DNA of 64,000 bases from Malacoraja senta (taxonomy: Eukaryota): the NCBI GenBank assembly GCA_038087875.1, contig CM075993.1, positions 2,048,001-2,112,000 on the forward strand. Reading direction: 5' to 3'. Below the pieces are notes generated by a model. That model was not told the DNA's origin and did no database searches. It saw only the letters and a program-made list of their open reading frames with translations. This document shows positions 36,138-50,161 of this stretch, in pieces; the first letter of the stretch is position 1; every line of letters begins with the position of its first letter. The position numbers were made by a program, and so were the translations under genes.

Positions 36138-36587
36138 TAGACAATAGACAATAGACAATAGGTGCAGGAGTAGGCCATTCAGCCCTTCGAGCCAGCACCG
36201 CCATTCAATGTGATCATGGCTGATCATCCCCAATCAGTACCCCGTTCCTGCCTTCTCCCCATATCCCCTGACTCCGCTATCTTTAAGAGCCCTATCTAGC
36301 TCTCTCTTGAAAGCATCCAGAGAACCTGCCTCCACCGCCCTCTGAGGCAGAGAATTCCACAGACTCACCACTCCCTGTGAGAAAAAGTGTTTCCTCGTCT
36401 CCGTTCTAAATGGCCTACCCCTTATTCTTAAACTGTGTGGCCCCTGGTTCTGGACTCCCCCAACATCGGGAACATGTTTCCTGCCTCTAGTGTGTCCAAG
36501 CCCTTAACAATCTTATATGTTTCAATGAGATACCCTCTCATCCTTCTAAACTCCAGAGTGTACAAGCCCAGCTGCTCCATTCTCTTT
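36138..36587 (-). mobile_element. CR1 3' fragment inserted in a V-SINE (36040-36743, +)
   Basis: CR1 C-terminus and TATTGTC tail; SINE halves on either side. Confidence 0.85.
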
Positions 36588-37029
36588 GTGTTCTCCTTGT
36601 GACTTCAGTCAATCACCCCTAGTGTGTAGGATGCAAAACTGGGATAAGATAGAACTAGCATTAAAGGGTGATTATTGGTAGGGGTGGACTAGATGGGCCA
36701 AAGGGCCTGTTTCCACACTGTATCTGTAGACGAAACTAAACTATGAACCACGAGGGGCAAATAAATGGCAAGGATACTTTAACTAAGGATGAGTGTAACA
36801 TTATTGAATGTATAGAGAATATATGAAGAATATTTGAACAATTTTTATCCTTATATGTATTTTTTCATCAGAATATATATTTTTTGAAATTGAAAAAAAT
36901 GCCATAATCGACACGATCTGCATTTCCTATGGTAGCTGATTAAGGATCGCCAATAGTGCCAACTTCAAAACTGGCGAGTATAATTCAAATTAATTCAAAT
37001 TTCATTAAATTAATTTTGACTTAATTCAA

Positions 37030-37450
37030 AATAAGTCTACTCCGCCATTCAATCATCGCTGATCTATCTCTCCCTCCTAACCTCATTCTCCTGCCTTCTC
37101 CCCATAACCCCTGACTCCTGTACTAATCAAGAATCTGTCAATCACCGCCTTAAAAATATCCACTGACTTGGCCTCCACAGCCTTCTGAGGCAGAGAATTC
37201 CACAGATTCACCTCCCTCTCACCGAAGAAATGTCTCCTCATCTCCTTCCTAAAAGAACGTCCTTTAATTCTGAGGCTGTGACTAGTCCTAGACTCTCCCC
37301 ACTAGTGGAAACCTCCTCTCCACATCCACTCTATCCAAGGCTTTCACTATTCTGTGCGTTTCAATGAGGTCCCCCCTCATTCTTCTAAACTCCAGCGAGT
37401 ACAGGCCCAGTGCCGACAAACGCTCATCATAGGTTAACCCACTCATTCAC
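37030..37450 (-). mobile_element. CR1 3' fragment
   Basis: Reverse complement of 4810-5220. Confidence 0.85.
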
Positions 37451-37899
37451 TGTGGCGACCTTTCTTCTGCTCCTAATTTCTTGGTTTTAGATGTTACTAC
37501 CATTGCATTTCCAAAAATAAATGGCAGCAGGTCCAGAATAATAATTCACGATAAAGAAAATAAATGTATAATGTATAACATTACAAATCAGTGACCCTTA
37601 CAATCAATTAACGTTAATAGACATAAGATTTCAAGGTCCATTAATCAGGCATAAGTCCAAATTTTCAATCATTGTTATGGCACGGACAGCATTAAAAATA
37701 ACACTGAGGGAAGATCACGCTGTGGCATTTAGTGTAAGAAAGAACTGCAGATACTGGTTTATACCGAAGGTAGGCACAGAATGCTGGAATAACAGCGGGT
37801 CAGGCAGCATCTGTGAAGAAGAGGAATAGGAGATGTTTTGGGTCGGAACCCTTCTTCAGACTGAAAGATAGAAGTTGGGGTGCATGGAATAACTTGAAG

Positions 37900-38478
37900 T
37901 GAGCACATCAGCGCCTCTACTTCCTGAGAAGATTACGGAGAGTCGGTTTGTCAAGGAGGACTCTCTCTAACTTCTACAGGTGCACAGTAGAGAGCATGCT
38001 GACCGGTTGTATCGTGGCTTGGTTCGGCAACTTGAGTGCCCTGGAGAGGAAAAGACTACAAAAAGTAGTAAACACTGCCCAGTCCATCATCGGCTCTGAC
38101 CTCCCTTCCATCGAGGGGATCTATCACAGTCGCTGCCTCAAAAAGGCTGGCAGCATCATCAAGGACCCACACCATCCTGGCCACACACTCATCTCCCTAC
38201 TACCTTCAGGTAGAAGGTACAGGAGCCTGAAGACTGCAACGACCAGGTTCAGGAATAGCTACTTCCCCACAGCCATCAGGCTATTAAACCTGGCTCGGAC
38301 ATAACACTGAACTTTACTAGCCAATACTGTTATTTGCACTTTATCAGTATGTTGACCATTGTGTATATATTTATAGAATGCCTTGTAGTAAATGCCTACT
38401 ATGTTCTGTTGTGCTCAAGCAAAGCAAGAATTTCATTGTCCTACCAGGGACACATGACAATAAACTCACTTGACTTGA
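37900..38478 (+). mobile_element. Rex1/Babar LINE 3' fragment
   Basis: QRLYFLRRLRRVGLSRRTLSNFYRCTVESMLTGCIVAWFG...FPTAIRLLN; tail CACATGACAATAAA. Confidence 0.9.
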
Positions 38479-38510
38479 GAACCTCCACCACTAATGTACT
38501 GAATAAAGAC

Positions 38511-38670
38511 AAAAGATAGACACATAATACTGGAGTTACTCAGTGGGACAGGCAGCATCTCTGGAGAGTAGAAATGGGTGTTCCAGCAATGTTGCCTGTC
38601 CCGCTGAGTTACTCCGGCTTTTTGTGCCTATCTTTGGTTTAAACCAGCATCTGCAGTTCCTTCCTACACA
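38511..38670. mobile_element. pLTR-only fold-back element
   Basis: TSD TACTGAATAAAGAC at 38497-38510 and 38671-38684. Confidence 0.8.
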
Positions 38671-38960
38671 TACTGAATAAAGACTTTATGTATCTACAGC
38701 TCCACTCTACATGTGGCTCATAAGGTCATAAGGCCATAAGGTCATGTGATTGGAGCAGAATTAGGCCATTCGGCCCATCAAGTCTACCCCGCCATTCAAT
38801 CATGGCTGATCTATCTCTCCCCCCTAACCCCGTTCTCCTGCCTTCTCCCCGTAACCCCTGACACCTTCAAAGCCACGATAAAAATCTGAAAATCTTTGTG
38901 CCGAGTAAAGCTGCCGGATTTAAACAGTAAAGGGGGAAAAAATCCCTGTTTGCATCTAGT

Positions 38961-38988
38961 CTGAAGAAGGGTCTCGACCCGAAACGTC
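38961..38988 (+). ncRNA. Hammerhead-like motif, intact core
   Basis: CTGAAGAAGGGTCTCGACCCGAAACGTC. Confidence 0.55.
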
Positions 38989-39354
38989 ACCCATTCCTTC
39001 TCTCCAGAGATGCTGCCTGTCCCGCTGAGTTACTCCAGCATTTTGTGTCTATCTGTTTTCATGTAACTTCCCCACAGCTTTGCTGTACTAATGCTATTTC
39101 CCTTGAAGGGTAATGTAATCTATTCCTGCTTCTATTTCCAAACTTTAGAATAGATATCTACTTGGGTATTAAATTAAACCTGGACCCAAGCCAACTCGAC
39201 CTTTAGAAATTTACAGAATAGACTTGCAGGCAAATTGCTATTTATCAAGTGCCACAAATGTGCAGCTAGCTATTCAAGCTGCTGTCTCTCAATCCCATTC
39301 TCCTGCCTTCTCCCCGTAACCTTTGAGACCATTCCTAATCAAGTACCTGTCAAC

Positions 39355-39655
39355 TTCCCTTCATCCTGCCAAATGGTATAGGTGTGAAAACGCACGCCTC
39401 CAGATTCAGAGGCAGTTTCTTCCCAGCTGTAATCAAGCAACTGAATCATCCTACCACAACCAGAGAGCAGTGCTGAACTACTATCTATCTCATTGGTGAC
39501 CCTCGGACTATCCTTGATTAGAATTTGTTGGCTTTAACTTGCACTGAAATGTTATTCCCTTATAATACACTGTAAATGGCTCGATTGTAATCATGTATTG
39601 CCTTTCCGCTGACTGGATAGCTCGCAAGAAAAGCTTTTCACTGTACCTCGGTATA
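39355..39655 (+). mobile_element. Rex1/Babar 3' fragment
   Basis: Aligns to 4470-4760. Confidence 0.75.
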
Positions 39656-40412
39656 AACTTTAATTCATTGATCTTTACCTCTCTACATCATCGTCTATAT
39701 CTCTCGTTTCCCTTATCCCTAACCAGTCTGAAGAAGGGTCTCGACCTGAAACGTCACCCGAAACGATAAGGAAGTGTGAGGTGTGAAAACAGGGCAGAGG
39801 GGATAGAGATCAAGGAAAATGTGGAATAGATCTTTGTTAGCTGGGAGAAGGTAACAACTGATATCCCAACATCAGTCTGAAGAAGAGTCTCGACCGGAAA
39901 CGTCACCCATCCCTTCTCTCCAGAGATGCCGCCTGTCCCGCTGAGTTTCTCCAGCATTTTGTGTCTATAATCCAGGGGAACTCTGCAGTTACATCATGTG
40001 AAACTAAGTAGAGTTTATTGCCATCTAGTGGCCCAAAGCAAAGTGATGTGAGTAACCTTGAGATTACAAGGGACAGGTTCAGGAGTCGACTCAAGTTGAC
40101 TTTATTGCCGGAGACACAAGTACCGCAAGATAGAGGTACAACTAATAATCTTGCTTCATTTTACTAAATATCACCAGCCAGATGTGTTGGAAGGACCTGC
40201 AGATGCTGGTTTACACTGAAGATAGACACAAAATGCTGGAGTAACTCAGCGGGACAGGCAGCATCTCTGGAGAGAAGGAATGGGTGACGGTTCGGGTCGA
40301 GACCCTTCTTCAGACTGATCCATATCCCACAATTCAAAGCATATCCATGTGCCAATCTAAAAGCCTCGTCAACTATCGTATCTGCCATAGAAGTGAATTT
40401 GAATGTGAATTT

Positions 40413-40647
40413 TAGTTTAGATTAGAGATACAGCGCGGAAACAGGCCCTTCGGCCCACCGAGTCCACGCCGACCAGCGATCCCCACACATTAACACAACC
40501 CTTTACACACTAGGTGACAATATTACACACACACCAAGCTAATTAACCCCTACAAACCTGTACATCTTTGGAGTGCGGGAGGAAACCGAAGATCTCGGAG
40601 AAAACCCCACGCAGGTCACGGGGAGAAGGTACAAACTCTGTACAGAC
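40413..40647 (-). mobile_element. V-SINE, 5'-truncated
   Basis: Tail and core. Confidence 0.8.
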
Positions 40648-40838
40648 AATGCTAATACATAAGAGTGTACTTAATAAGAGCAGAGGATTCTGTAAGCCCC
40701 CGGAAACCCAACGCAACCACTGGAATATTCTGGAAGTTCTGAACATTCTTAAGGCAGCGGTTGGCGGATCATAGATAAGCAAGGAGGTGAAAGGTTAAAG
40801 GTCGACAGATTTGTTAGGGTCGAGATTGCAGTCAGATC

Positions 40839-41233
40839 CAAAGATCCTATAGCGAGCAAGATAGACCACTCGACGAAAAAAACGTAGTACGGTCACGGGC
40901 AGATTCATGGGTAATTTTCGGCCCCATTTCCGTAACCGGCTTCCGTCTCCGCACCAAAGATCCCGTAGCGGAGCAAAGATAACTAGTGCAAAGACGGAAG
41001 ACGGTTACGGAAACATCCTGGTAAAAATAAAAGTTCTTTGGTAAAAATCTTCTCCTCATTTTCAGAATTATAATTTATTAACACAAACTGTTCCCCCGCA
41101 ACGTTGATTACACTGCGAGTCGGGTCGGGTCGGGTCGGGTTACTGAAATGGATGAAAAAAAGGCCCACGTTCCGCTCCGTTGCGTACTACACATCAGCCC
41201 ATTGCATTATCTTGCTCCGCTATAGGATCTTTG
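40839..41233. mobile_element. Non-autonomous DNA transposon with 8-bp TSD (copy 1)
   Basis: TIRs CAAAGATCCTATAGCG.. / ..CGCTATAGGATCTTTG; TSD GTCAGATC/GTTAGATC. Confidence 0.85.
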
Positions 41234-41542
41234 GTTAGATCTGCAAAGATCTTATTAAATGTCAGCAATAGCTTACGGGCCTAAGTGACCTACTCCAGCT
41301 CCCGATTCATACGTGCATGTGGAGAAAGGAAATTAAACCAGGTGCTTCAATATCTATTTGCTTACAGAACATGGTCTAAAGGGAGAAGATGGGCCAGCAG
41401 TTAATCAGGACTTTGCACGAATCCATGGCGTAGATTGACTGAGTGTGACAAAACCTCTCTGGACATTTATCCACTTTGCTGCTTCAATAGTATACAGTAA
41501 AACTGTGACAACTCTGGTAATCCAGCGGCCATTTTTAGTTTA

Positions 41543-41769
41543 AGGGCCTGTCCCACTTGGCGACTTTTTTCGGCGACTGCCAGCGTCATATCAGGGTCGC
41601 TGAAAGATTTTGAGTGTTTCAAAATCCAGCAGCGACGGAAAAAATGTTGCGACACTTGAAAAAACACCGCGCGCCAATACGCCATCACGCCGCAAATTTT
41701 TCGGTGACCTGATACGTCAGTCAATGATGCCGCCAGTCACCGAAAAAAACGGCAAGTGGGACAGGCCCT
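41543..41769. mobile_element. Harbinger-type MITE (227 bp)
   Basis: TIRs AGGGCCTGTCCCACTTG / CAAGTGGGACAGGCCCT; TSD TTA on both sides. Confidence 0.85.
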
Positions 41770-41847
41770 TTAGTTTAGATCAAAGATAGATACAAAATGC
41801 TTGAGTAACTCAGCGGGTCAGGCAGCATCTCTGGAGAGCAGGAATGG

Positions 41848-42200
41848 AGTCGTAGAGTGATACAGTGTGGAGACAGGCCCACCCGGCCCAACTTGTCCAC
41901 ACCGGCCAACATGTCCCAGCTACACTAGTCCCACACGTTTGGTCCATATCCCTCAAAACCTGTCCTATCCATGTACCTGTCTAACTGTTTCTTAAATATT
42001 AGGATAGTCCCAGCCTCAACTACCTCCTCTGGCAGCTTGTTCCATAAACCCACCACCCTTTGAGTTAACCTTCAGATTCCTATTAAATCTTTCCCCCTTC
42101 ACCTTAAACCTATGTCCTCTGATTCTCGATTCACCTACTCTGGGCAAGAGACTCATTGAATCTACCCGATCTTTTCCTCTCATGATTTTGTACACCCCTC
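41848..42200 (-). mobile_element. CR1 3' fragment (second subfamily)
   Basis: Similar to 21217-21435 and 32510-33250. Confidence 0.75.
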
Positions 42201-42231
42201 ATAGGTGACGTTTCATGTCGGGACCCTTCTT

Positions 42232-42550
42232 AGTTTTAGATTTCGATTAAGATACAGCACGGAAACAGGCCCTTCGGCCCACCGAATACGCACCAACCAG
42301 CGATCCCCGCGCATTAACACTATCCTACACACACTAGGGACAATTTACATTTACACCAAGCCGATTATCCTACAAACCCGCACGTCTTTGGAGTGTGAAA
42401 GGAAAGCGAAGATCTCGGAGAAAACCCACACAGGTCACGGAGAGAATGTACGAACTCCGTACAGACAGCACCCGTAGTCAGGATTGAACCCGGGTCCCTG
42501 GCACTGCAAGCTCTGTAAGGCAGCAACTCTACCGCTGCGCCACCCTGCCG
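42232..42550 (-). mobile_element. V-SINE, full length
   Basis: Head, core and tail. Confidence 0.9.
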
Positions 42551-43229
42551 ACCACAAGTCTTCAGACTGCAAAATAGAGGAGGGGGGGGGGGGGGGGGGA
42601 ATGTGCCCTCTAGTCCTAGTGGAAATAGTCCGCTATTTCCACATCAACTCTTATCTAAGCCTTTCATTACCCGGCAGGTTTTCAATGAGATTTCCCCCCC
42701 CCCACCCCCCGCATCCTTCTAAAGTTTGCCACAACAGGGCGAGTGCCTCTGGTAGCTTTGTGCACCGGGTCTTGCAAAACAAGAAAATGTGAAAAAAAAA
42801 ATGAAAAAAAAAAGTGTTGAGAGACACTGTGAAGATCGGCTGGTCCCGAAAAGACAAGAAGATGATTAAAGTGCCAAGGGCTCTTTTAAGCGGGGGAACA
42901 ATGTGGAGAGTTAATTTGTCCCCGCTGAGATGAGAGATAGGAATTTAATGGTAGACTTGGGACATCAATTGAGCCGGCCCCCCTATTATAACAAGTGCAC
43001 TTCCGTGCTATCTTTAAAATTACCAGCAATTTCTCTTGAGCGCAATGCTCCTGAGACTCGAGGCTGAGTTGGTGCGGTTCTAAAGGAATGCCAGGAATGT
43101 ATTTATCAAACTGCGGACACAGGAATCCTGAAACACTAGCCCTTAATAAACAAGTCTGAAGAAAGGTCTCGACCCAAAATGTCACCTATACCTTTTCTCC
43201 CAGGATGCTGCCTGACCCGCTGAGTTACG

Positions 43230-43562
43230 TAGAAACATAGATGCAGGAGTAGGCCATTCGGCCCTTCGAGCCAGCACCGCCATTCAATATGATCAGGGCT
43301 GATCATCCTAAATCAGTACCCCGTTCCTGCTTTCTCCCCATATCCCTTGATTCCGTTAGCTCTAAGAGTTAAATCTAACTCCCTCTTGAAAACATCCAGT
43401 GAATCGGCCTCCACTGCCGTCTGTGGCAGAGAATTCCACAGATCCACAATTCTCCGGGTGAAAAGGGTTTTCCTCATCTCAATCCTAAATGACCTACCCC
43501 TTATTCTTAAACTGCGACCCCTGGTTCTGGACTCCCTCAACATCGGGAACATTTTTTTCCTG
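43230..43562 (-). mobile_element. CR1 3' fragment
   Basis: MFPMLRESRTRGRSLRIRGRSFRIEMRK...GYGEKAGTGY. Confidence 0.85.
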
Positions 43563-43847
43563 CATTTTGTGTCTATCTTCAGAAAACACTGCCAATGCAC
43601 GGCGGTCCAGATAGCATCTGCTGAGGTAAGATTGGATGAGGCATTTCAACTTGGTCAACATCACCAAAGTTATGTGTAGGAGGGACCTGCAGATGCTGGT
43701 TTACACCAGAGATAGACACAAAATGCTGGAGTAACTCAGCGGGACAGGCTGCATCTCTGCAGAGAAGGAATGGGTGACGTTTTGGGTCGAGACCCTTCTT
43801 CAGACTGAGACTCAGGGGAGAGGGAGTCTAGAGATATGGAAGGGCAA

Positions 43848-44057
43848 AGGGCCTGTCCCACTTCCACGACCTAATTCACGACCTCTGCCGAGTTTGCCCT
43901 TGGCTCATACTCGCAGCATGGTCGTCACGAGGTCGTAGGTAGGTCGTGATGCTAGTCGTAGGTACTCGTGGCATCAAGTAGGTCGGGCGTTTTTTTCTAG
44001 CCTGATGAAAAATGTCCACGAGGTGGTGGATTAGGTGGTGAAAGTGGGACAGGCCCT
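43848..44057. mobile_element. Harbinger-type MITE inserted in a Penelope 3' UTR
   Basis: TIRs AGGGCCTGTCCCACTT / AAGTGGGACAGGCCCT; flanks CAA/TAA. Confidence 0.8.
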
Positions 44058-44557
44058 TAAAGGTGTAAAAACGACAGATCAAATGACAAGGAATTGTAGG
44101 AGTGTTTAAGAAGGAACTGCAGATGCTGGAAAATCGAAGGTAGACAAAAACGCTGGAGAAACTCAGCGGGTGCGGCAGCATCTATGGAGCGAAGGAAAAA
44201 GGTGACGTTTCGGGTCGAGACCCTGAAAGGGTCTCGACCCGAAACGTCGCCTTTTTCCAGGAAATGTAGAATGGTAGATTGTTGGCTGAGGGGAAGATGA
44301 TAACGAGGCGTAGGGTTTCTCACTGTTAAATTGGCTCCAGTGTGTGAGTGAGTGGAAGAAGCTGGGAGTTGATGAGAAGGCAGGGAAAAATAAAATTGGG
44401 ATTGATGTAGAATTAGTGTAAATGGGCCAGTTGTTGGTGTGTGCTTACACGCATGTGTGTACGTGTTTACAATGTACATATGCCCAGCACATGTGTTTAT
44501 GTATGTACATGCGTTATGTGTGTGTATAGATGCATCTGCATGTACATGTGACTATAG

Positions 44558-44566
44558 GTGTGCACA

Positions 44567-44636
<70 letters not shown>

Positions 44637-44822
44637 AGTGTGTGTGTGTCTATGTGTGTGTGTGTATGTCTAAGTGTGTGTGTGTGTGTGTCTATGTGTG
44701 TGTGTCTAAGTGTGTGTATGTCTACATTGTATGTGTGTTTGTGTGTGTATGTGTGTGTCTATGTGTGTGTTTATGTGTGTACGTGTGTTTGTGTGTTTGT
44801 GTGTATTTGTGAGTATGTGTGT

Positions 44823-44855
<33 letters not shown>

Positions 44856-45008
44856 TATGTGTGTACGTGTGTGTGTACGTGTGTGTGTGTATGTGTGTGT
44901 TTATGTGTGTACGTGTGTGTGTGTGTGTGTGTGTGTGTGTCTATGTGTGTACGTGTGTGTGTACGTGTGTGTGTGTCTATGTGTATGTTTATGTGTGTAC
45001 GTGTGTTT
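44558..45008. repeat. Compound (TG)n microsatellite
   Basis: Directly visible. Confidence 0.95.
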
Positions 45009-45018
45009 GTGCCTCCTT

Positions 45019-45021
<3 letters not shown>

Positions 45022-45057
<36 letters not shown>

Positions 45058-47189
45058 TTATTTATTAGAAGTACATACATTACATTAATACTCGTCATTT
45101 ATATCTTCTTACAATTAATGTACTCCCTTTATTTATTTTTTTACACTAGAGAAAGAAAAGATTGAAAGAGAGAAGAAAGTGAAGGAAAAAGTGCAAGTGT
45201 AGAAAAGTGTAGAAAATGTAACAACAAAAAAGGACGAAGACCCTATAAGAGCGAAATTAAAAACAAAAAGAAAAAGAGTTAAGAAATAGGCCCTAAGAAA
45301 AGAAAAGAGAAAGAGAAAAAAAGAGAAACAAATGTTTTTTTTTTTTTTGAGCATCACGTAAATAGGACATACCAACTCTTCAACTATCATCCCCCCTTAC
45401 CCGACCTCAATTTTTTTATTTTTTTAAAGTACTTTTGCACCCTATGTTTGTAATAATTCTATAAATGCAGACCACGTCAGGTGGAAGTGATCTGGTTTAC
45501 CTGCTAGGAGGAGTCTTATCTCTTCAAGGTGTAATGTTTCAGACATATTTGAAATCCACATATTTATAGTTGGTATTGGAGCCTTCTTCCAAAATTTTAG
45601 AATTAGCTTTTTTCCAGTTATTAACCCATAATCCATTAATTTCTTTTGAAACACATTTAGTTCTGGATCATCTTCCGTTATTCCGAAGATAATCCATTCT
45701 GCTTTGGGTATCAGTCTTGTTTTAAATAACTTTGTAAAGATTTCAAAAATTTCATTCCCAAATTTTTGAATTTTTGTACAGAAGACAAATGAGTGCGCTA
45801 TAGTTGCTTCTTGGGATTGACATTTATCACAAATAGATGATACGTTTGGGAAAATTTTATGAATTTTAGTTTTCGAATAATATAATCTATGTAAAATTTT
45901 AAATTGTATTAAAGTGTGTCTTACATTAATCGAGCATTTATGCACTTTTAATAAGTATTCATTCCAACTTTCCTTTGAGATTTTAATAGCTAACTCTTGT
46001 TCCCAGTCTCTTCTGATACCCTCCGTAGATGGTATTTGTACATTTAAGATAATATTGTACAAATATGATATTAAGTTTGCTGATTCCGCTTTTATCTGCA
46101 TTGCCTCGTCCAGTACATCTGCTGGGTTATTATGATGATCTTTTATATATTTTTTCAAATAGTCGCATATTTGAAAGTATTTAAAATATTGATTATTTCC
46201 GAGTTTATATTTTATTTGTAATTGTTGAAATGAAAGTAATTTTCCAGTTTCATACAAGTCACCAAGCGTTTTAATTCCTAGTCTATCCCATTGTGTATAA
46301 GCTTTATCTATAATAGAAGGACTAAACGAAGGGTTATTGACTATAGGTAATAAAAGTGATAAATTTCTTAATTTTAAATTTTGTTTTATTTGTTTCCAAA
46401 TACGGATTGTACTATGAATAATTGGGTTCTTATTATAGTTTATGTTATTCAATTTCATTGGAGAGAGGAGGATCGCTCCAATGTTTCTAGAGGAGCAATC
46501 CTCTTTCTCCATTACAATCCAGTCTACTTGCTGGGCGGAGTTATCCATCAGTTGAATCATGTTTTTAATATTTACTGACCAATAATAATACATAAAATTA
46601 GGTAGTGCTAGACCCCCCAATACTTTAGATTTATTCAGATGGGTTTTTTGTATTCTATGTGATTTATAGTCCCATATAAAATTAGTGATATCTGAGTCGA
46701 GTTTTTTAAAAAACTTCTTAGGTAAGTATATAGGAATTGATTGAAATAGGTATAAAATTTGTGGTAAAAAGATCATTTTTATTGCGTTTATTCGGCCTAT
46801 TAAAGACATCGGGAGCGTTTTCCAGAATTTAATTAATGTATTTAGTTTATTAAGTAGGGGGTCGAAATTTGCCCTGAGCATACCTTGATATGTTCTGGTA
46901 ATTTCGATTCCCAAATATTTAAATTTTTCTGTAGCTATTTTAAAAGGGAATTTTAAAAGATGTGTTGAATCTTTCGGTTTTATTGACATAATTTCACTTT
47001 TATTCCAATTTATTCTATATCCAGAAAAAGATCCGAAGTCTTCAATTAAATTTAATATATTTGGTATAGTGATTTGAGGTTTTGTAATATACAATAATAT
47101 ATCATCCGCGTATAAAGATATTTTATTATATGAGTCTTTAGTATTATATCCATGAATATCAGGGTGTATTCTAATTTTTTCTGCTAGCG
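45022..47189 (-). mobile_element. L1-clade LINE, 5'-truncated; ORF2 frame open from 47190 to the stop at 45442
   Basis: KISLYADDILLY RT motif at about 47090-47125; CDKC..H..C zinc knuckle; poly(A) at 45022-45052; 13-bp TSD GTGCCTCCTTTCT at 45009-45021 and 47190-47202. Confidence 0.95.
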
Positions 47190-47544
47190 GTGCCTCCTTT
47201 CTATAACAAATATCAATGTATTCAGTCCTGATCTAATTTAACCTGCTTATTACAATTAGCGACACTTTGTAAACAGCCTGTGCCTGTTTTTAATGAAGTG
47301 CACTTTCCAGTGGATTGTTATTTTAATAATTTGAACAATTAATTGGAACCTAAGCAACTCAATGTACTTTCTAATTAGTTTCTGTTTGTATTCTTAAGCT
47401 ACTGTGAAGAATGTCAGCTTTTTTCTTCAGGAAACTCCCCCATCCTCCGTCTGGTTATCATCGGCCACAGCCCCCCCCCCCCCCCCCCCCCCCCATATTG
47501 AGAATGGGGTAACAGGGGTGTTTTATCCTTCATCTGCAGTTAAA

Positions 47545-47955
47545 AGGAATTTAGAAGAATGAGAGGGGATCTTATTGAAACATAAAAGATTATTAAGGGA
47601 TTGGACACGCTAGAGGCAGGAAACATGTTCCCCATGTTGGGGGAGTCCAGAACCAGGGGCCACAGTTTAAGAATAAGGGGTAAGCCATTTAGAACAGAGA
47701 TGAGGAAAGATTTTTTTACCCAAAGAGTTGGGAATCTGTGGAATTCTCTGCCTCAGAAGGCAGTGGAGGCCGATTCTCTGGATGCTTTCAAGAGAGAGTT
47801 AGATAGAGCTCTTAAAAATAGCGGAGTCAAGGGATATGGGGAAAAAGGCAGGAAGATGGTACTGATTGTGGATGATCAGCCATGATCACAGTGAATGGGG
47901 GTGCTGGCTTGTAGGGCCGAATGGCCTACTCCTGCACCTATTGTGTATTGTCTAT
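47545..47955 (+). mobile_element. CR1 3' fragment
   Basis: MFPMLGESRTRGHSLRIRGKPFRTEMRK. Confidence 0.9.
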
Positions 47956-48324
47956 GGTTAATCCCATCCAATCCAGTCTTTGTGATCCATTAACCAGATG
48001 CAGAATGACAATAGACAATAGCTGTAGGAGTGGGCCATCGGCCCCACGAGCCAGCACCGCCATTCAATGTGATCATGGCTGATCATCCACAATCAGTACC
48101 CCGTTCCTGCCTTCTCCCCATATCCCCTGACTCTGCTATCTTTAAGAGCCCTATCTAGCTCTCTCTTGACACCATCAGACTGAGAATTGAAAACCTCGGC
48201 CTTTGTTTTGAATGTCATCCCGTTCTCATTCTCTGACTCCACACCAACGTTTGTGAAAGGTGTCCTTTCATGTCATCACAGGGTCTACATAAATTCATGT
48301 CTTTGTCCTTGAATCATGTCATGT

Positions 48325-48868
48325 CATAAGGTCATAAGTGATAGGAGCAGAATTAGGCCATTTGGCCCATCAAGTCTACTCCGCCATTCAATCATGGCTG
48401 ATCTGTCTCTCCCTCCTAACCCCATTCTCCTGCCTTCTCCCCATAACCCCTGACACCCGTCCTAATCAAGAATCTATCTATCTCTGCCTTAAAAATATCC
48501 ACTGACTTGGCCTCCACGGCCTTCTGTGGCAGAGAATTCCCCAGATTCACCACCCTCTGACTAAAGAAATTTATCCTCATCTCCTTCCTAAAGAAACGTC
48601 CTTTAATTCTGAAACTGTGACCTCTAGTCCTGGACTCTCCCACTAGTGGAAACATCCTCTCCACATCCACTCTATCCAAGCATTGCACTATTCTGTACGT
48701 TTCAATGAGGTTCCTCCCTCATCCTTCTAAACTCCTGCGAATTCAGGCCCAGTGCCGTCAAATGCTCATCATATGCTAACCCACTCATTCCTGGGATCAT
48801 TCTTGTAAACCTCTTCTGGACCCTCTCCAGAGCCAGCACATCCTTCCTCAGATACGGTGCCCAAATGT
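48325..48868 (-). mobile_element. CR1 3' fragment
   Basis: LDRVDVERMFPLVGESRTRGHS...GYGEKAGEWG. Confidence 0.9.
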
Positions 48869-48942
48869 ATGAATTGGTGCAGACACTAAATGCTGGAGTA
48901 ACTCAGCGGGACAGGCAGCATCTCTGGAGAGAAGGAATGGGT

Positions 48943-48970
48943 GACGTTTCGGGTCGAGACCCTTCTTCAG
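48943..48970 (-). ncRNA. Hammerhead-like motif, intact core
   Basis: Reverse complement reads CTGAAGAAGGGTCTCGACCCGAAACGTC. Confidence 0.55.
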
Positions 48971-49780
48971 ATTGAATTGGCATGACTGCAGGTAGACAAA
49001 AGTGCTGGAGAAACTCAGCGGGTGCAGCAGCATCGATGGAGTGAAGGAAATAGGCAACGTTTCGGGCCGAAAGGCATGACTGGAATTGGCTAAAGAATTA
49101 AAAATTCACATCAACCGTTGCTGAAGAAACTGTCCATTGCAGAATGAAACTCACAAACATGATATTAAAGTTTCGATTTCATTCTGAAGTCTTAAGTCAG
49201 GAGATTTCTGATTAAAACGGAACACTTGCACAAAGTGGCAGAAACAACAAACCATAATTGAGTTTTTCACAGTGGGACAACACAGAGCCTTCCATCAAAT
49301 CTTAGCTTCCTGCATCCAAAACACTGGGAAGGAACAACAGGCAATTTGTGCATTATATAAGTACAAATTAAACATTATAGTAGATAAATAAAAGAGACTT
49401 GGTCTTCTGGGAAAACGCCTGCTTGAACGGTCTTGATGTTCACAAGGCGGATTAAATTAGTGGATTAAATTATCATCTGCTTCCACACTCTGCTATAAAT
49501 AATTCCATAATGTATTTTGCAATGAAGTATTTAATCTACCTCGCCGAATGAACTGTTTAAAGAACCGCTACTGCTCTGATTCATATCTATCTGTCATCAC
49601 CAATAAATGGATTCTCTAGTGTTTGTAACTTGGCTGTTTAAGGGAGCTAGCTTTGTGCAAATGGACCATCGTGATTAACATCACTACACAACCACAGTTT
49701 AGTTTAGTTTAGAGATGCAGCGTGGAAACGGGCGCTCTGCCCCCCCCCCCCAATGAAATCACACCCAACCTCAGGCTTAA

Positions 49781-49883
49781 ACACGCACACACGCACACAC
49801 ACACACACGCACACACACGCACACACACACACGCACACACGCACACACACACACACGCACACACACGCACACACACACACACA

Positions 49884-49935
<52 letters not shown>

Positions 49936-50120
49936 CACACACACGCACACACACACACACGCGCACACACACACACACACACACACTCACACTCACACTC
50001 ACACACACACACGCACACACACGCATGCACACGCACACACACACACATACACAGATACACACACTCACATACACACACACACGCACACTCACATATGCAC
50101 ACGCACACACACGCACGCAC

Positions 50121-50161
<41 letters not shown>

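Noticed and set aside
45442..47094. 550-aa ORF as a host gene
   Set aside because: Truncated L1 ORF2 with poly(A) and TSD.
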